From: Spirochaetota bacterium
GTDB taxonomy: Bacteria > Spirochaetota > Brachyspiria > Brachyspirales > JACRPF01
NCBI GenBank assembly: GCA_016214035.1
Contig: JACRPF010000011.1
Span: forward strand, 129,430-193,429
Direction: 5' to 3'
Length of the DNA stretch: 64,000 nucleotides
Shown: positions 1 to 9,276 of the stretch, piece after piece
Layout of the letters: the number at the start of each line of letters is the position of its first letter
Numbering within the stretch: the first letter of the stretch is position 1
The notes under the pieces: model-generated
Told to the model about the DNA's origin: nothing
What the model saw: only the letters and a program-made list of their open reading frames with translations
The model's database searches: none
Translations under genes and position numbers: made by a program

Positions 1-1025
1 GCGCACATGTGTTTATCGCGAGTAATAACGAATTCAGAATCGATGCCGGCCGCGACGGTGTGTCCGTTTCCGGATACGGCATATACCGTCAGGTTGACAT
101 TTCGTCGGCAGCAGTCATCAGGCTTAACGGCATATCGCTGAACGGCACAGTCCGGTTTATTCCGCACAACGGATCGGTCGCCGCCATTGCGGTACTCGAT
201 CTTGAAGAGTATGTGCGCGGTGTACTGCCGTATGAGATGCAGCAGGACTGGCCGCTCGAGGCGCTCAAGGCGCAGGCGCTTACCGCACGCTCATATGCGC
301 TTCATCATATGCTCCTGAAAAAGAAAGACACGCCGTATGATGTGGACAATACCACAAAATATCAGGTGTATCGCGGCATCGTTCCGGGCGCATCGAATGT
401 GAATGCGGCCGTGGCTGAAACCGAGGGAGAGGTTATCATCTATCGCGGGCATATCATTCCCGCGTATTTTCACGCATCGTGCGGCGGATATACCGAAAGC
501 ACCTATAGAATATTCGGCGTCGATATACCGTATCTGCGAGGCTGCCCGTGCTACTACTGCGGCACGAACGCCAGACACTGGTCGTTTGCCGTGACCAAAG
601 ACGAATTCGCCGCAAAATTGGCGCAGGCTGCGGTACGTGTGGGCGCTATACATCGTGTCGCGGTCATCGAACGTAATCGCTCCGGCAGAGTTGATGCGTT
701 TCTGGCTGCAGGCGATGCAGGCTCAAAAAAAATAAACGGCGGCGAACTGCGCAAACTCATGGGCGCCGGCAGAATGCAGTCGCTCGCGTTCGATGTGAAA
801 CTTGACGAGACGCATGTCCGGTTCAGCGGGACAGGCAACGGCCACGGCGTGGGGATGTGTCAGTGGGGCGCCTACGGGATGGCGCTTGCGGGGCTTTCAT
901 ATAAAGACGTCGTTTTTCTCTATTATAAAACAGCCGAAATACATGATTACAGGATACTGAGGACGCTTGAGCCGGACATATGGAAGATCAACGAAACATA
1001 CCTCAACTCGTTTACCTCTCATTAG
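1..1025 (+). CDS. SpoIID/LytB-domain protein (peptidoglycan lytic transglycosylase family), 5' end cut by window edge
   Basis: ORF 9..1025 stays open back to base 1 and has no signal peptide, so the N-terminus is missing. Family motifs: LEEYVRGVLPYEM, ALKAQALTARSYAL, AYFHASCGGYTES, GHGVGMCQWGA. Confidence 0.85.
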   Translation, partial: AHVFIASNNEFRIDAGRDGVSVSGYGIYRQVDISSAAVIRLNGISLNGTVRFIPHNGSVAAIAVLDLEEYVRGVLPYEMQQDWPLEALKAQALTARSYALHHMLLKKKDTPYDVDNTTKYQVYRGIVPGASNVNAAVAETEGEVIIYRGHIIPAYFHASCGGYTESTYRIFGVDIPYLRGCPCYYCGTNARHWSFAVTKDEFAAKLAQAAVRVGAIHRVAVIERNRSGRVDAFLAAGDAGSKKINGGELRKLMGAGRMQSLAFDVKLDETHVRFSGTGNGHGVGMCQWGAYGMALAGLSYKDVVFLYYKTAEIHDYRILRTLEPDIWKINETYLNSFTSH

Positions 1026-1531
1026 GGTCGAACACGGGTGATGCAGCGCGGCAGCTTGCGCGCGCGGCATTCATGCTCGACGGTGATGATCACACGCGCA
1101 TCGTCAGCGCATCCTCAGTGTACCGGAGCGAACCCGTCGGAGGTATTGCGACGAACGATTTTTACAACTGCGTTCTCGCGGTGCGCACAACGCTGTCGCC
1201 GAATGCTTTGCTCAGGCGTATTTCGGTTATCGAACGGCAGCTCGGACGCATACGCATACAGCGCTGGGGTAACCGGTCCATAGACATCGATATCGTCCTG
1301 TTCGGACGGGTCCGCCTTGAGAACGAGTATTTAAAGATTCCGCATCCTGAATTCCGCCGCAGGAATTTCGTACTGATTCCGCTGCTTGAGCTTTCACCGG
1401 ATATGCGCGATATCGACGGTACGCCGCTGACGCGGTATACGGACACGGCGGAAGGAATTGTTGCGAGAACAGGCGAGCTTACAGGGATACCGACACGCCC
1501 ACATTGCAGTAGAATCCGGAGATCTCGATAG
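980..1531 (+). CDS. folK: 2-amino-4-hydroxy-6-hydroxymethyldihydropteridine diphosphokinase (HPPK)
   Basis: Motifs LSLGSNTGD, YRSEPVG, NRSIDIDIVLFG, IPHPEFRRRNFVLIPL. The start overlaps the upstream gene by 46 nt. The last 53 nt overlap the convergent OMP gene. Confidence 0.88.
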   Translation: MEDQRNIPQLVYLSLGSNTGDAARQLARAAFMLDGDDHTRIVSASSVYRSEPVGGIATNDFYNCVLAVRTTLSPNALLRRISVIERQLGRIRIQRWGNRSIDIDIVLFGRVRLENEYLKIPHPEFRRRNFVLIPLLELSPDMRDIDGTPLTRYTDTAEGIVARTGELTGIPTRPHCSRIRRSR

Positions 1532-2114
1532 CCTCAATGCCGACATTGTCGAACGTACTGCTTTTCGAGATGCGCGTTGCGGGGAAACCGAAATTCCATC
1601 CCGCGTGAACGCCGATGCGTGTGCGTTCGCCGAGCGGAAAACTTACGCCGCCCTCCGCCGTCCAGCTGAAGCTGCCGAAGTAAAAAACGCCGCTCTGATT
1701 GCTCGCGGTGGACACGATATTGTTAAACAGGCTTGTGTATCCCGCCATAACCTGCACGAACGGTTCTATCCAGGTGACATTCGGCAGCGGTATATCGATG
1801 CGGGCGAGTGCATACACCGGAACGATGAATACCGAGAGCTGCCGCTCAAGCGCCGCGCCGGCGATGATATTCGTGCCGGTGTTTGATGCCTGCGTGTTGT
1901 ACTGCTTGTAGAAAAGATTCATCTGCACGCCGATGTTGAACATGCGGTCGATGGGGACAATATACGCCGCGCCGCCCTCGACACCGATGCCCGGGCCCCA
2001 GGGAATCGCAAGGCCGATATGGCCTTCGATCTCGGGTTTCAACGGCGCAGTCTGCGGGAAACAGACCGCCGCCGCGAACAGCGCCGCAACGGCGAGTGCT
2101 ATATTTTTTTTCAT
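1479..2114 (-). CDS. small outer-membrane beta-barrel protein (OmpW/OMP_b-brl-like)
   Basis: ORF 1479..2336 trimmed to ATG 2114, which has GGAG 6 nt upstream. Signal peptide MKKNIALAVAALFAAAVCF. Alternating hydrophobic, Gly/aromatic-rich strands run to the C-terminus. Confidence 0.65.
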   Translation of the reverse strand: MKKNIALAVAALFAAAVCFPQTAPLKPEIEGHIGLAIPWGPGIGVEGGAAYIVPIDRMFNIGVQMNLFYKQYNTQASNTGTNIIAGAALERQLSVFIVPVYALARIDIPLPNVTWIEPFVQVMAGYTSLFNNIVSTASNQSGVFYFGSFSWTAEGGVSFPLGERTRIGVHAGWNFGFPATRISKSSTFDNVGIEAIEISGFYCNVGVSVSL

Positions 2115-2219
2115 GAACATCTCCGCTACTATGTAGTGCGTATCGTGAGCGAATATATTATACGGCGCACACGGTAAAAAGCAACGATTATCCGCACATG
2201 GTTCCTGCCGGCGTTCCAG

Positions 2220-2247
2220 TTGAAAAAAATAGTAATGCACGTATAAT
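2220..2247 (+). promoter_or_regulatory. sigma70-type promoter for the bactofilin gene
   Basis: TTGAAA (2220-2225), 16-nt spacer, TATAAT (2242-2247). AAGGAG at 2266-2271 lies 6 nt before ATG 2278. Confidence 0.6.
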
Positions 2248-2277
2248 CTCACTACTTCGGACGACAAGGAGCAGGCA

Positions 2278-2712
2278 ATGGCGCGCAATGACCAGGTAAA
2301 CAGCGTGATCGGCGAGGGTTCGGCATTTGAAGGCAAATTCTACATCGCCGGGTCGCTGCAGATAGACGGAAAATTCGAGGGCGAAGTTAAGACCGAGGAC
2401 CACCTCATCATCGGGCCTACGGGAAAAGTTAAAACGAACGTTACCGCCCGGCGCGTGACGGTTGCCGGAACGCTTATCGGCAATATCGACGCGCAGGAGG
2501 ACGTGTACCTCCTTGAGACCGGCCGCGTGCTCGGCAATATATCGACACCGAAGATACATGTAACCGACGGCGTCGTCACCAAAGGCACCATCACGCTTAC
2601 CGGCGGTCAGAAAAAAGATATCGCAAAACTCATCGAAGAATCATATACCGGCGGTCCGCTTATTCCCGACAGCAAGAACGCTGAAAAGGAAGCGCGCAAA
2701 CAGAAGGAATAG
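2278..2712 (+). CDS. bactofilin (DUF583) cytoskeletal protein
   Basis: Beta-helix repeat pattern SVIGEGSAFEGKF / GSLQIDGKFEGEV / VTVAGTLIGNI / GRVLGNI, followed by a charged Lys/Glu tail. Confidence 0.88.
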   Translation: MARNDQVNSVIGEGSAFEGKFYIAGSLQIDGKFEGEVKTEDHLIIGPTGKVKTNVTARRVTVAGTLIGNIDAQEDVYLLETGRVLGNISTPKIHVTDGVVTKGTITLTGGQKKDIAKLIEESYTGGPLIPDSKNAEKEARKQKE

Positions 2713-2723
2713 CGCGCACCATT

Positions 2724-3416
2724 ATGGCGCATATTTTCGGCCCTGTCCGCTCACGGAGGCTCGGGCTGTCACTCGGCGTGGACATTGTTCCCGCGAAATT
2801 CTGCACCTGTAACTGCATCTACTGCGAAAGCGGGAAAACGACATCGCTTACCGTCGACACAAAACCGTACGTGACGGCGGGCGATATCATCCCTGAACTG
2901 CGCAAACGGCTCGGCGAAATACAAGGGCTTTCGTGGATAACATTCAGCGGTGCGGGAGAACCCACGCTCAATGATAATATCGGAGATATAATCGACGCGA
3001 TAAAAAAGGAGACTGCTGTTCCCGTATGCGTTATCACCAACGGAACGCTGCTCGGCAGTCCCGAGGTGCGGCAGCGGCTCATGCACGCGGACCTGGTCAT
3101 GCCGTCGTATCATACCGCTATCGAAGCCACGTTCAAGAAAATCGTCATGCCGCATCCGAAGATAACACTCGCCTCGATGACCGAAGGGCTTGTGACGTTC
3201 TCGAAGGAATTCCGCGGGAAACTGTGGATTGAAGTGCTCGTGGTCGCGGGGTATAATGATACCGATGAGGAGATGCGTGCGCTGAAAGCCGTAATCTCCC
3301 GGGTACGTCACGATGCGGTATGCATGAACACCGTGTACCGTCCGCCGGCATTTGACAGTGCGCGGCCCGTAGACGAAGCGAAGCTTGCGCGTTTTAAGGA
3401 GATGCTCGATGCATGA
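2724..3416 (+). CDS. small radical SAM protein (COG0731-like), function unknown
   Basis: N-terminal FGPVRSRRLG. Cluster motif CTCNCIYC (Cx3Cx2C). GAGEPTL SAM-binding motif. Confidence 0.8.
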   Translation: MAHIFGPVRSRRLGLSLGVDIVPAKFCTCNCIYCESGKTTSLTVDTKPYVTAGDIIPELRKRLGEIQGLSWITFSGAGEPTLNDNIGDIIDAIKKETAVPVCVITNGTLLGSPEVRQRLMHADLVMPSYHTAIEATFKKIVMPHPKITLASMTEGLVTFSKEFRGKLWIEVLVVAGYNDTDEEMRALKAVISRVRHDAVCMNTVYRPPAFDSARPVDEAKLARFKEMLDA

Positions 3417-3609
3417 GATGAAAGACTGGATCATCGCATCAGTCACGGTTCGTCCGCAGACGCGTGAGGATATTATCGCTGCGCACGGTGAGGCCGCCGG
3501 TGCCGTTCTTGATGAACTGGTTGCGGAAAAGATTCTCATCGGAAAAGAATTTGACGGAAAAATATTTTATCGGATAACCAACGATGGCAGCACTGCGTCC
3601 CAAAAGTAA
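3409..3609 (+). CDS. 66-aa winged-helix-like protein, function unknown
   Basis: ORF 3385..3609 trimmed to ATG 3409, with AAGGAG 7 nt upstream. The ATG overlaps the radical SAM stop (ATGCATGA). Helix plus beta-hairpin pattern VLDELVAEKILIGKEFDGKIFYRI. The 3' end overlaps the map start by 26 nt. Confidence 0.45.
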   Translation: MHEMKDWIIASVTVRPQTREDIIAAHGEAAGAVLDELVAEKILIGKEFDGKIFYRITNDGSTASQK

Positions 3610-4351
3610 TACCGAACTCGCCATAATGCGCCAGGGCGGCGCCATGCTCGGGGAGCTTTTCACGAAGATAAAGGCGATGATAGCCCCCGGCATAACGCCG
3701 AAGGAGCTCGACGCATTCGCGTACGATTTCATCATCAAACACAATTCCAAACCGTCGTTCAAGGGCTATAAGGTGGGCGGCGGCGTGAAATATCCGGCGA
3801 CGATATGCGCGTCCGTAAACGAGGTTGTCATTCACGGCATACCCGGCAAAGTCCCGCTCAAGGATGGCGATATCATCGGCATCGATATCGGACTCTGTTT
3901 CCGCGGGTATCATGTGGATTCCGCCGAGACCTATGCGGTCGGAAAGATCTCACCGGCCGCGCGAAAGCTCATCGACACCACCGAGGCTGCGTTCTTCGCC
4001 GGCATGAAGGCGCTGCACGGCGGCGTTCATCTCGGCGACATGTCGCACGCGATTCAAACGACCGTCGAGCGCGAGGGCTACAGCGTGGTACGGCAGTTCG
4101 CCGGGCACGGCATCGGCTCGCATCTGCACGAAGACCCGCAGGTAAGCAATTACGGCAAGCCGGGTCATGGTCCGGTACTTGCCGCCGGCGTCACCATCGC
4201 CGTTGAACCGATGGTGAACATGGGCCATCATGAAGTGATAATGCTCGACGACGACTGGACCATTGTAACCGATGACGGAAGTCTTTCGTCGCACTATGAA
4301 CACACCGTTGCCGTTACCGATGACGGGTATGAACTGCTTACGAACCGCTAA
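3584..4351 (+). CDS. map: type I methionyl aminopeptidase
   Basis: Full-length match to the MetAP-I pattern. Metal-ligand contexts DIIGIDIG, GHGIGSHLHE, VEPMV, EHTV. Confidence 0.93.
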   Translation: MAALRPKSNTELAIMRQGGAMLGELFTKIKAMIAPGITPKELDAFAYDFIIKHNSKPSFKGYKVGGGVKYPATICASVNEVVIHGIPGKVPLKDGDIIGIDIGLCFRGYHVDSAETYAVGKISPAARKLIDTTEAAFFAGMKALHGGVHLGDMSHAIQTTVEREGYSVVRQFAGHGIGSHLHEDPQVSNYGKPGHGPVLAAGVTIAVEPMVNMGHHEVIMLDDDWTIVTDDGSLSSHYEHTVAVTDDGYELLTNR

Positions 4352-5693
4352 TCTATTATTATTTTTCTGTCTCGCCGTTCCGCTTGTTTCGTTTACCAAC
4401 CGTTATCCGCAGTTTGAGCCGCCGCTGAGGCCGTGGACAATCGCGCTTTATCCGGACACCAATGCAATGCCGGTCATGTCACTATGCTTCGCTCCGTTTC
4501 CGGCGAGTGAGGTTTCCATTGTATCGCCGCACACGAACACCGCGCCGTGGCGGCTGACCGGCGAGTTTTCCAACGCGTCGCGCGGGCTTATGGAGGCGAC
4601 GGTTGAGATCCCGACAATGCGGTTCGACACCTACCTCTTCACCGACGTTACTCACGCGGGGTTTTTGCCGGATGCGCCGCTGTCGAAACTTATGTTCGAG
4701 CATGATTTATTTTGTTCCGATGCAACCAACGATATCACACTTGTAATGCCGGTACGCCACATTGAGAGCGAACTGTTCTGCAACGGGCGGCTCATCAGCG
4801 CCGTCAGCGGGTATGCGGTGCGCGAAAGCTATGTCTCGCGTGACATTGTCATTCCGAACAGCACGCTCTTCAGGAACGCCAGCAATCATCTTTCGCTTAT
4901 CATGTATCTGTCCAACTATGCGGGTGACCTCGTCGCTATCAGCGATAATATGCCGCTCACGGTGACGTATGCGGTGAGCAATATCAGCCCGTACGCCGCA
5001 ATGCATGATATTACCTACCGGCGCAGCGATTATTATTTCCACGGCATCTACCGCAGTTCGCTGTCGCCGTTCCCCGTGCTTGAAACGCTCTGGAAGACGG
5101 TCGTCATGAGCGGGCTTTCCGGACGATGCGCCATGACGCGCACGGGTTTTTATCTCGGCAGCAATTACACCGTTCGCCCGCTCGAGGGAACTTTTTATGA
5201 CATCCGCGCGGACGGCATCATGACGCGCAACTGGATGCTGTTTTTCGGCGGCGACCATCACGGCAGGGATTATCCGTTCCTGCTCGTGTTCAATATACCG
5301 CCCATCGTTATCCGTGCGTCGGGGGACGGCAGTATCACGTTCGATTTTCCGATGGAGGCGATGTACACCTGTCTTTCCGTCGTTCCGGTATCGGACGCGT
5401 CCAACGGCATTCCGCGGGAGCGGTCACGGACGCTTATGATGACTATCGACGATGATCTCGCCGGCAAATGCGACACCATCGCGGCACTCGCCTTCACCAT
5501 GCCGGTGAACACCCGGGGCGACACGGCAGGATCGGCGGGCATCGCCCAGTTCAGGTTCAAGCGTTTCGATACCTGGTATACGAATACAGACGCATATGTG
5601 CCGTGGCATGCATCGTTTCCTCCGGTACGTACGGGAAAGGAAAAGAAGTTACTGCGTCTCGGGGGGGAGAAATTCTTTTATTTCGAATACTAG
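4329..5693 (+). CDS. hypothetical secreted protein (about 454 aa), no recognised family
   Basis: ORF 4272..5693. ATG 4329 gives MNCLRTANLLLFFCLAVPLVSF, a signal-like N-terminus. The start is uncertain (ATGs at 4272, 4296, 4320, 4329 and no good SD). No catalytic motif recognised. Confidence 0.5.
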   Translation: MNCLRTANLLLFFCLAVPLVSFTNRYPQFEPPLRPWTIALYPDTNAMPVMSLCFAPFPASEVSIVSPHTNTAPWRLTGEFSNASRGLMEATVEIPTMRFDTYLFTDVTHAGFLPDAPLSKLMFEHDLFCSDATNDITLVMPVRHIESELFCNGRLISAVSGYAVRESYVSRDIVIPNSTLFRNASNHLSLIMYLSNYAGDLVAISDNMPLTVTYAVSNISPYAAMHDITYRRSDYYFHGIYRSSLSPFPVLETLWKTVVMSGLSGRCAMTRTGFYLGSNYTVRPLEGTFYDIRADGIMTRNWMLFFGGDHHGRDYPFLLVFNIPPIVIRASGDGSITFDFPMEAMYTCLSVVPVSDASNGIPRERSRTLMMTIDDDLAGKCDTIAALAFTMPVNTRGDTAGSAGIAQFRFKRFDTWYTNTDAYVPWHASFPPVRTGKEKKLLRLGGEKFFYFEY

Positions 5694-5703
5694 ACACGAA
5701 TCT

Positions 5704-5732
5704 TTGACAAGAAAAGAAAATCGCTGTATTCT
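5704..5732 (+). promoter_or_regulatory. sigma70-type promoter for the 7TM sensor gene
   Basis: TTGACA (5704-5709), 17-nt spacer, TATTCT (5727-5732). ATG at 5763. Confidence 0.5.
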
Positions 5733-5762
5733 GAAGTCATCATAGGCGCAAAGGTATGTCCC

Positions 5763-7988
5763 ATGAAAATCCACCAGCTCGTTATTTATGTTCTCAGCGC
5801 AGCGCTGCTTGCGGCGCAGTCAGGGGTTGTAACGTTCTCGTCCATTGATGCATACTGGTACCGCGGTTTTGATCAGCGGTATACCGTTGAGCCGCCGGTA
5901 CGGTCAAACGCGGTCATGGTGATACCCACGGGGAAGACGAACAGGACATACTGGCCCGTATACGATATTCTGCCGGAGATCGTCAAACGTCCGGTGTTCT
6001 CGGTGCTACCCCCCGACCAGCGTGACTGTACCGTTGTGCTGCCCTTCACCGTTTCCGACGCGGTACTCGAGCGTTATCGAAGTCCGCTGGGACTACTGAT
6101 ACCGCAGATAGGCCTGAACTATGAAGTGTACATGAACGGGCACATGCTGCACCGCGCGATGTATACCAACGCGCAGGGAAAAATTGTGCGCGGGGCGATG
6201 CGCCGGGGGCTTGTGCTGTATCTGCCGCGGGAGTATCTCAGGCAGGGGACGAATATTCTCGCGATGTATCTTTCCGGCGACGCACAGTTCATGGACACGG
6301 CGGTGCAGATCGACAATCAGTTCCGCATTGATCATTACCGCGAACTCCTTGCAGAGCGGCAGAACCCGCTCTCGCTCATTCTCATCGCGCTGTATCTGTT
6401 TATCGGTTTCTATCATCTCTTTCTGTTCGCCAACCGCGTGAAGGGGTCGTATAATATCTTTTACGGGTTTTTCTCCATCGCGCTGTTCGTGTATCTGTTC
6501 TGCCGCACGCCGTTCATCTATACCTTCATTCCCGATTCGAATATCCATCTTCTGGTTGAGGTCATCAGTCTCTATGCGCTGTTCCCGCTCATCGGTCTTT
6601 TCTTCGATCATGTGATCAACCGTAAGGCGGGTCTGTTCAGTCTCATCTACAGCGGATTTGTGGCACTACTCACGCTTGCCACGATACTTGCACCGTCGCA
6701 GTCGTTCCGCATCGATGTGCTTCGCGTCTGGCAGTATACGGCGCTGATTCCGCTCATCTATTTTATTGTGTTCCTCATCGGACGGGCGTTCCTCCGGGAT
6801 ATTCAGACGATACGGAAATCGGGCCGTACGCTGTCCGTATCGGTTGCCGATGCGCTTTTCCGCGAAATACCGGGGAATCTGCTCATCGGCACCATACTCG
6901 TTTCGCTGTCGGCGGTGTTCGACATCGTGGACTCCATCGCCATCCACGCGAACCTTATGCTGTCGAATTATTTCTTCTTTTTTTTCGTCGCCGGCATCAC
7001 CTTCGTGCTCACCAACCGCTTTCTCAAGGTGCAGCAGAATATTGAATCGCTGAACGCCGATCTTGAAAAAAAAGTGGTCGATCTGAATTCGGCGAATGCC
7101 GCCATCGGCATGTCGGAACGGATAAACCGGATGGTGCTTGAGAACACCAACGACATCATCATCACGCTCGATCCGGCGTTTACCATCATGAGCGCCAACC
7201 AGGCGCTGTCGGCGGTGCTCAGGCATAATCCGAAACGCTGTGTCGGAAAGCCGCTCAGCGGCATCCTTTATGCGCATGACGAGAAAGACCGGGTACTGCT
7301 CAAAGATACGTTCGACCGGTTTATCACCGGCAATGAACCGCTCGAGATAAACCTTGAATTCCTCACCGCATTCACCAACGAACCCAAACCGATGCAGGTG
7401 CGGTTCACGCATATCGACAGCGAGGGGAGCAGGCACGTGCTCATGAAGGCCTCCACGGTGGACGACCGGCTGTTCAGTTATCTTGAAACGGAGGAGGCGG
7501 TATACCGCATTGACAATCAGTTCGGTCTCGCCGAGGACATCAGCCGCAGACTCGCGCACACGCTGATAAAATATCTCCCCGCGGACACGGTGGCGGAGGT
7601 GCGTATTGCGCTTCGTGAGATACTCCTGAACGCCATCGAGCACGGCAACCTTGCGGTGGGGTTTGAGGAGAAATCGGCGGCGCAGCTTGAGGACCGCTAT
7701 TTCGATTTCATACGCGAACGGCAGTCACAGGAGCCGTACAGCAAGCGCCGTGTTGAGATACGCTATGTGCTTCGCAAAGACCGGGCCATTTTCAGGATAC
7801 GCGACGAGGGCGGCGGTTTTGACTGGCGCGCACGGGCCAACGGGACCGGCGATGCTGCCGCTGCGGGCGGCGAAATGCTCGCACACGGGCGCGGTATCGT
7901 TATGACACGGAAGATATTCTCGGAGATGCGCTATAACGAAGCGGGCAATGAAGTGACGCTGTCGATGATATTCAGGAAAGACGCTTAA
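5763..7988 (+). CDS. 7TMR-DISM receptor with PAS-like domain and C-terminal RsbW/SpoIIAB-type GHKL serine-kinase domain
   Basis: Signal peptide and an ectodomain of about 190 aa. Seven hydrophobic helices, from LSLILIALYLFIGFYHLFLF to YFFFFFVAGITFVLT. Coiled coil, then a PAS-like segment. N-box ILLNAIEHGN, G1 RDEGGGFD, G2 HGRGI. No HisKA H-box. Confidence 0.75.
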   Translation: MKIHQLVIYVLSAALLAAQSGVVTFSSIDAYWYRGFDQRYTVEPPVRSNAVMVIPTGKTNRTYWPVYDILPEIVKRPVFSVLPPDQRDCTVVLPFTVSDAVLERYRSPLGLLIPQIGLNYEVYMNGHMLHRAMYTNAQGKIVRGAMRRGLVLYLPREYLRQGTNILAMYLSGDAQFMDTAVQIDNQFRIDHYRELLAERQNPLSLILIALYLFIGFYHLFLFANRVKGSYNIFYGFFSIALFVYLFCRTPFIYTFIPDSNIHLLVEVISLYALFPLIGLFFDHVINRKAGLFSLIYSGFVALLTLATILAPSQSFRIDVLRVWQYTALIPLIYFIVFLIGRAFLRDIQTIRKSGRTLSVSVADALFREIPGNLLIGTILVSLSAVFDIVDSIAIHANLMLSNYFFFFFVAGITFVLTNRFLKVQQNIESLNADLEKKVVDLNSANAAIGMSERINRMVLENTNDIIITLDPAFTIMSANQALSAVLRHNPKRCVGKPLSGILYAHDEKDRVLLKDTFDRFITGNEPLEINLEFLTAFTNEPKPMQVRFTHIDSEGSRHVLMKASTVDDRLFSYLETEEAVYRIDNQFGLAEDISRRLAHTLIKYLPADTVAEVRIALREILLNAIEHGNLAVGFEEKSAAQLEDRYFDFIRERQSQEPYSKRRVEIRYVLRKDRAIFRIRDEGGGFDWRARANGTGDAAAAGGEMLAHGRGIVMTRKIFSEMRYNEAGNEVTLSMIFRKDA

Positions 7989-9219
7989 GTGCGTTTAGAA
8001 AGAGCTTACTATAATCGGTGATATCGCGTATGGCGACACTTTCATTGGGCGCATGCGCCGTCTCTTTTCCTTTACCGCAGACAACAGCGTTGATGCCGCG
8101 TTCCCTGAGAAAATATGCGCACGTTCCCCCGCCGACGCCGTAGACCTGCATTTTTTTGCTAAATACGTCTTTTACGGCTCCGCGCATCAGTGTGAGCGCC
8201 GTGGAATCAACGGGCAGCGGCGGCAGCGACGAATGCTGCTGCTGAATGGTGCGGGTAATGGTAATACCGAACTTCTTTGCAACGGACCGCTGTACGGCAG
8301 TCACGGCTTTCATGAATGATGCGATGCTGTGCTGCGGCAGAAGTCTGCAGTCGAATGAGATTACCTGTTCGCCGGGAATGGTATTGATATTCGTGACATT
8401 GTTTTTTACGCGCGTGGGTTCCACGCTCGTAAACGGATGATCGAACATGGCGTCGCGTTCGCCGAATTTCGCCGCGCGCATGGCGTCCATGGCGGTTACG
8501 AGATACGCCGCGGCCCGGTGCGCGTTTCTGCCGTGATTCGGCAGCGAACCGTGCGCCTGTTTTCCCCGCACGGTCATCGTCATCCATACCATCGATTTTT
8601 CGGCAACTTCCATCATAGCGCCGTCCGGTGAGCCCATGTCGGGAACATAGACGATGTCGTTTCTGCCGAATACGTTTTTATACCGTTTGAGCACGCCCTC
8701 GATGCCGTATCTGCTTCCCACTTCCTCGTCGGCGAAGAAGAACACGCCGGCGTTTACGGGCGGGGGTGTTGTATCACGCGCGATGGTTTTCAGGAACAGC
8801 ATTCCCGCGACGATGGCGAAGTTATTATCGAGCACGCCTCTGCCGATGAGCGTGTCTTTTTTCACGCGCAGTTTGAACGGGTCGCTTTTCCAGAGACTGC
8901 GGTCGCCCTCGGGGACCACATCCATATGCGCGATTATCCAGAACGTGCGCGTAGTATCGATGCCGGGGCGGATGAAACAGAAATTAGGGCGATATCCTTT
9001 CGGTACGCGGGCGTCTTTTACCGGATAATCACGGAACGTGAGCGCTTCCTTTTTCAGCGTGGTGATGATGTACGCCGCCTTATCGTGTTCCCCGGTGCCG
9101 CCGTTCTCGGGTGCTAACGCCGGGCGTCTCACGAGTTCGCGTTCATACGCGATGACGTCGGCATTCATGCTTTTCAAACGTGTAGATTTTGTTTCGTGCG
9201 CGTTACGCATAGCTGCCAT
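7972..9219 (-). CDS. M20 family metallo-hydrolase (ArgE/DapE/CPG2-like)
   Basis: Motifs IIAHMDVVP, FFADEEVGS, TVRGKQAHGS. An alternative start is ATG 9168 (MNADVIAYEREL). The 3' end overlaps the convergent sensor gene by 17 nt. Confidence 0.8.
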   Translation of the reverse strand: MAAMRNAHETKSTRLKSMNADVIAYERELVRRPALAPENGGTGEHDKAAYIITTLKKEALTFRDYPVKDARVPKGYRPNFCFIRPGIDTTRTFWIIAHMDVVPEGDRSLWKSDPFKLRVKKDTLIGRGVLDNNFAIVAGMLFLKTIARDTTPPPVNAGVFFFADEEVGSRYGIEGVLKRYKNVFGRNDIVYVPDMGSPDGAMMEVAEKSMVWMTMTVRGKQAHGSLPNHGRNAHRAAAYLVTAMDAMRAAKFGERDAMFDHPFTSVEPTRVKNNVTNINTIPGEQVISFDCRLLPQHSIASFMKAVTAVQRSVAKKFGITITRTIQQQHSSLPPLPVDSTALTLMRGAVKDVFSKKMQVYGVGGGTCAYFLRERGINAVVCGKGKETAHAPNESVAIRDITDYSKLFLNALKRLS

Positions 9220-9276
9220 CCTAAAAAACAGGCGCGGTATGAGAACCGCGCCTGCATAGTAATTTGCGGAAATGTG

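Noticed and set aside
6666-7643. 325-aa minus-strand ORF
   Set aside because: It is antisense to the 7TM sensor gene. It is Arg/His-rich with no recognisable domain.
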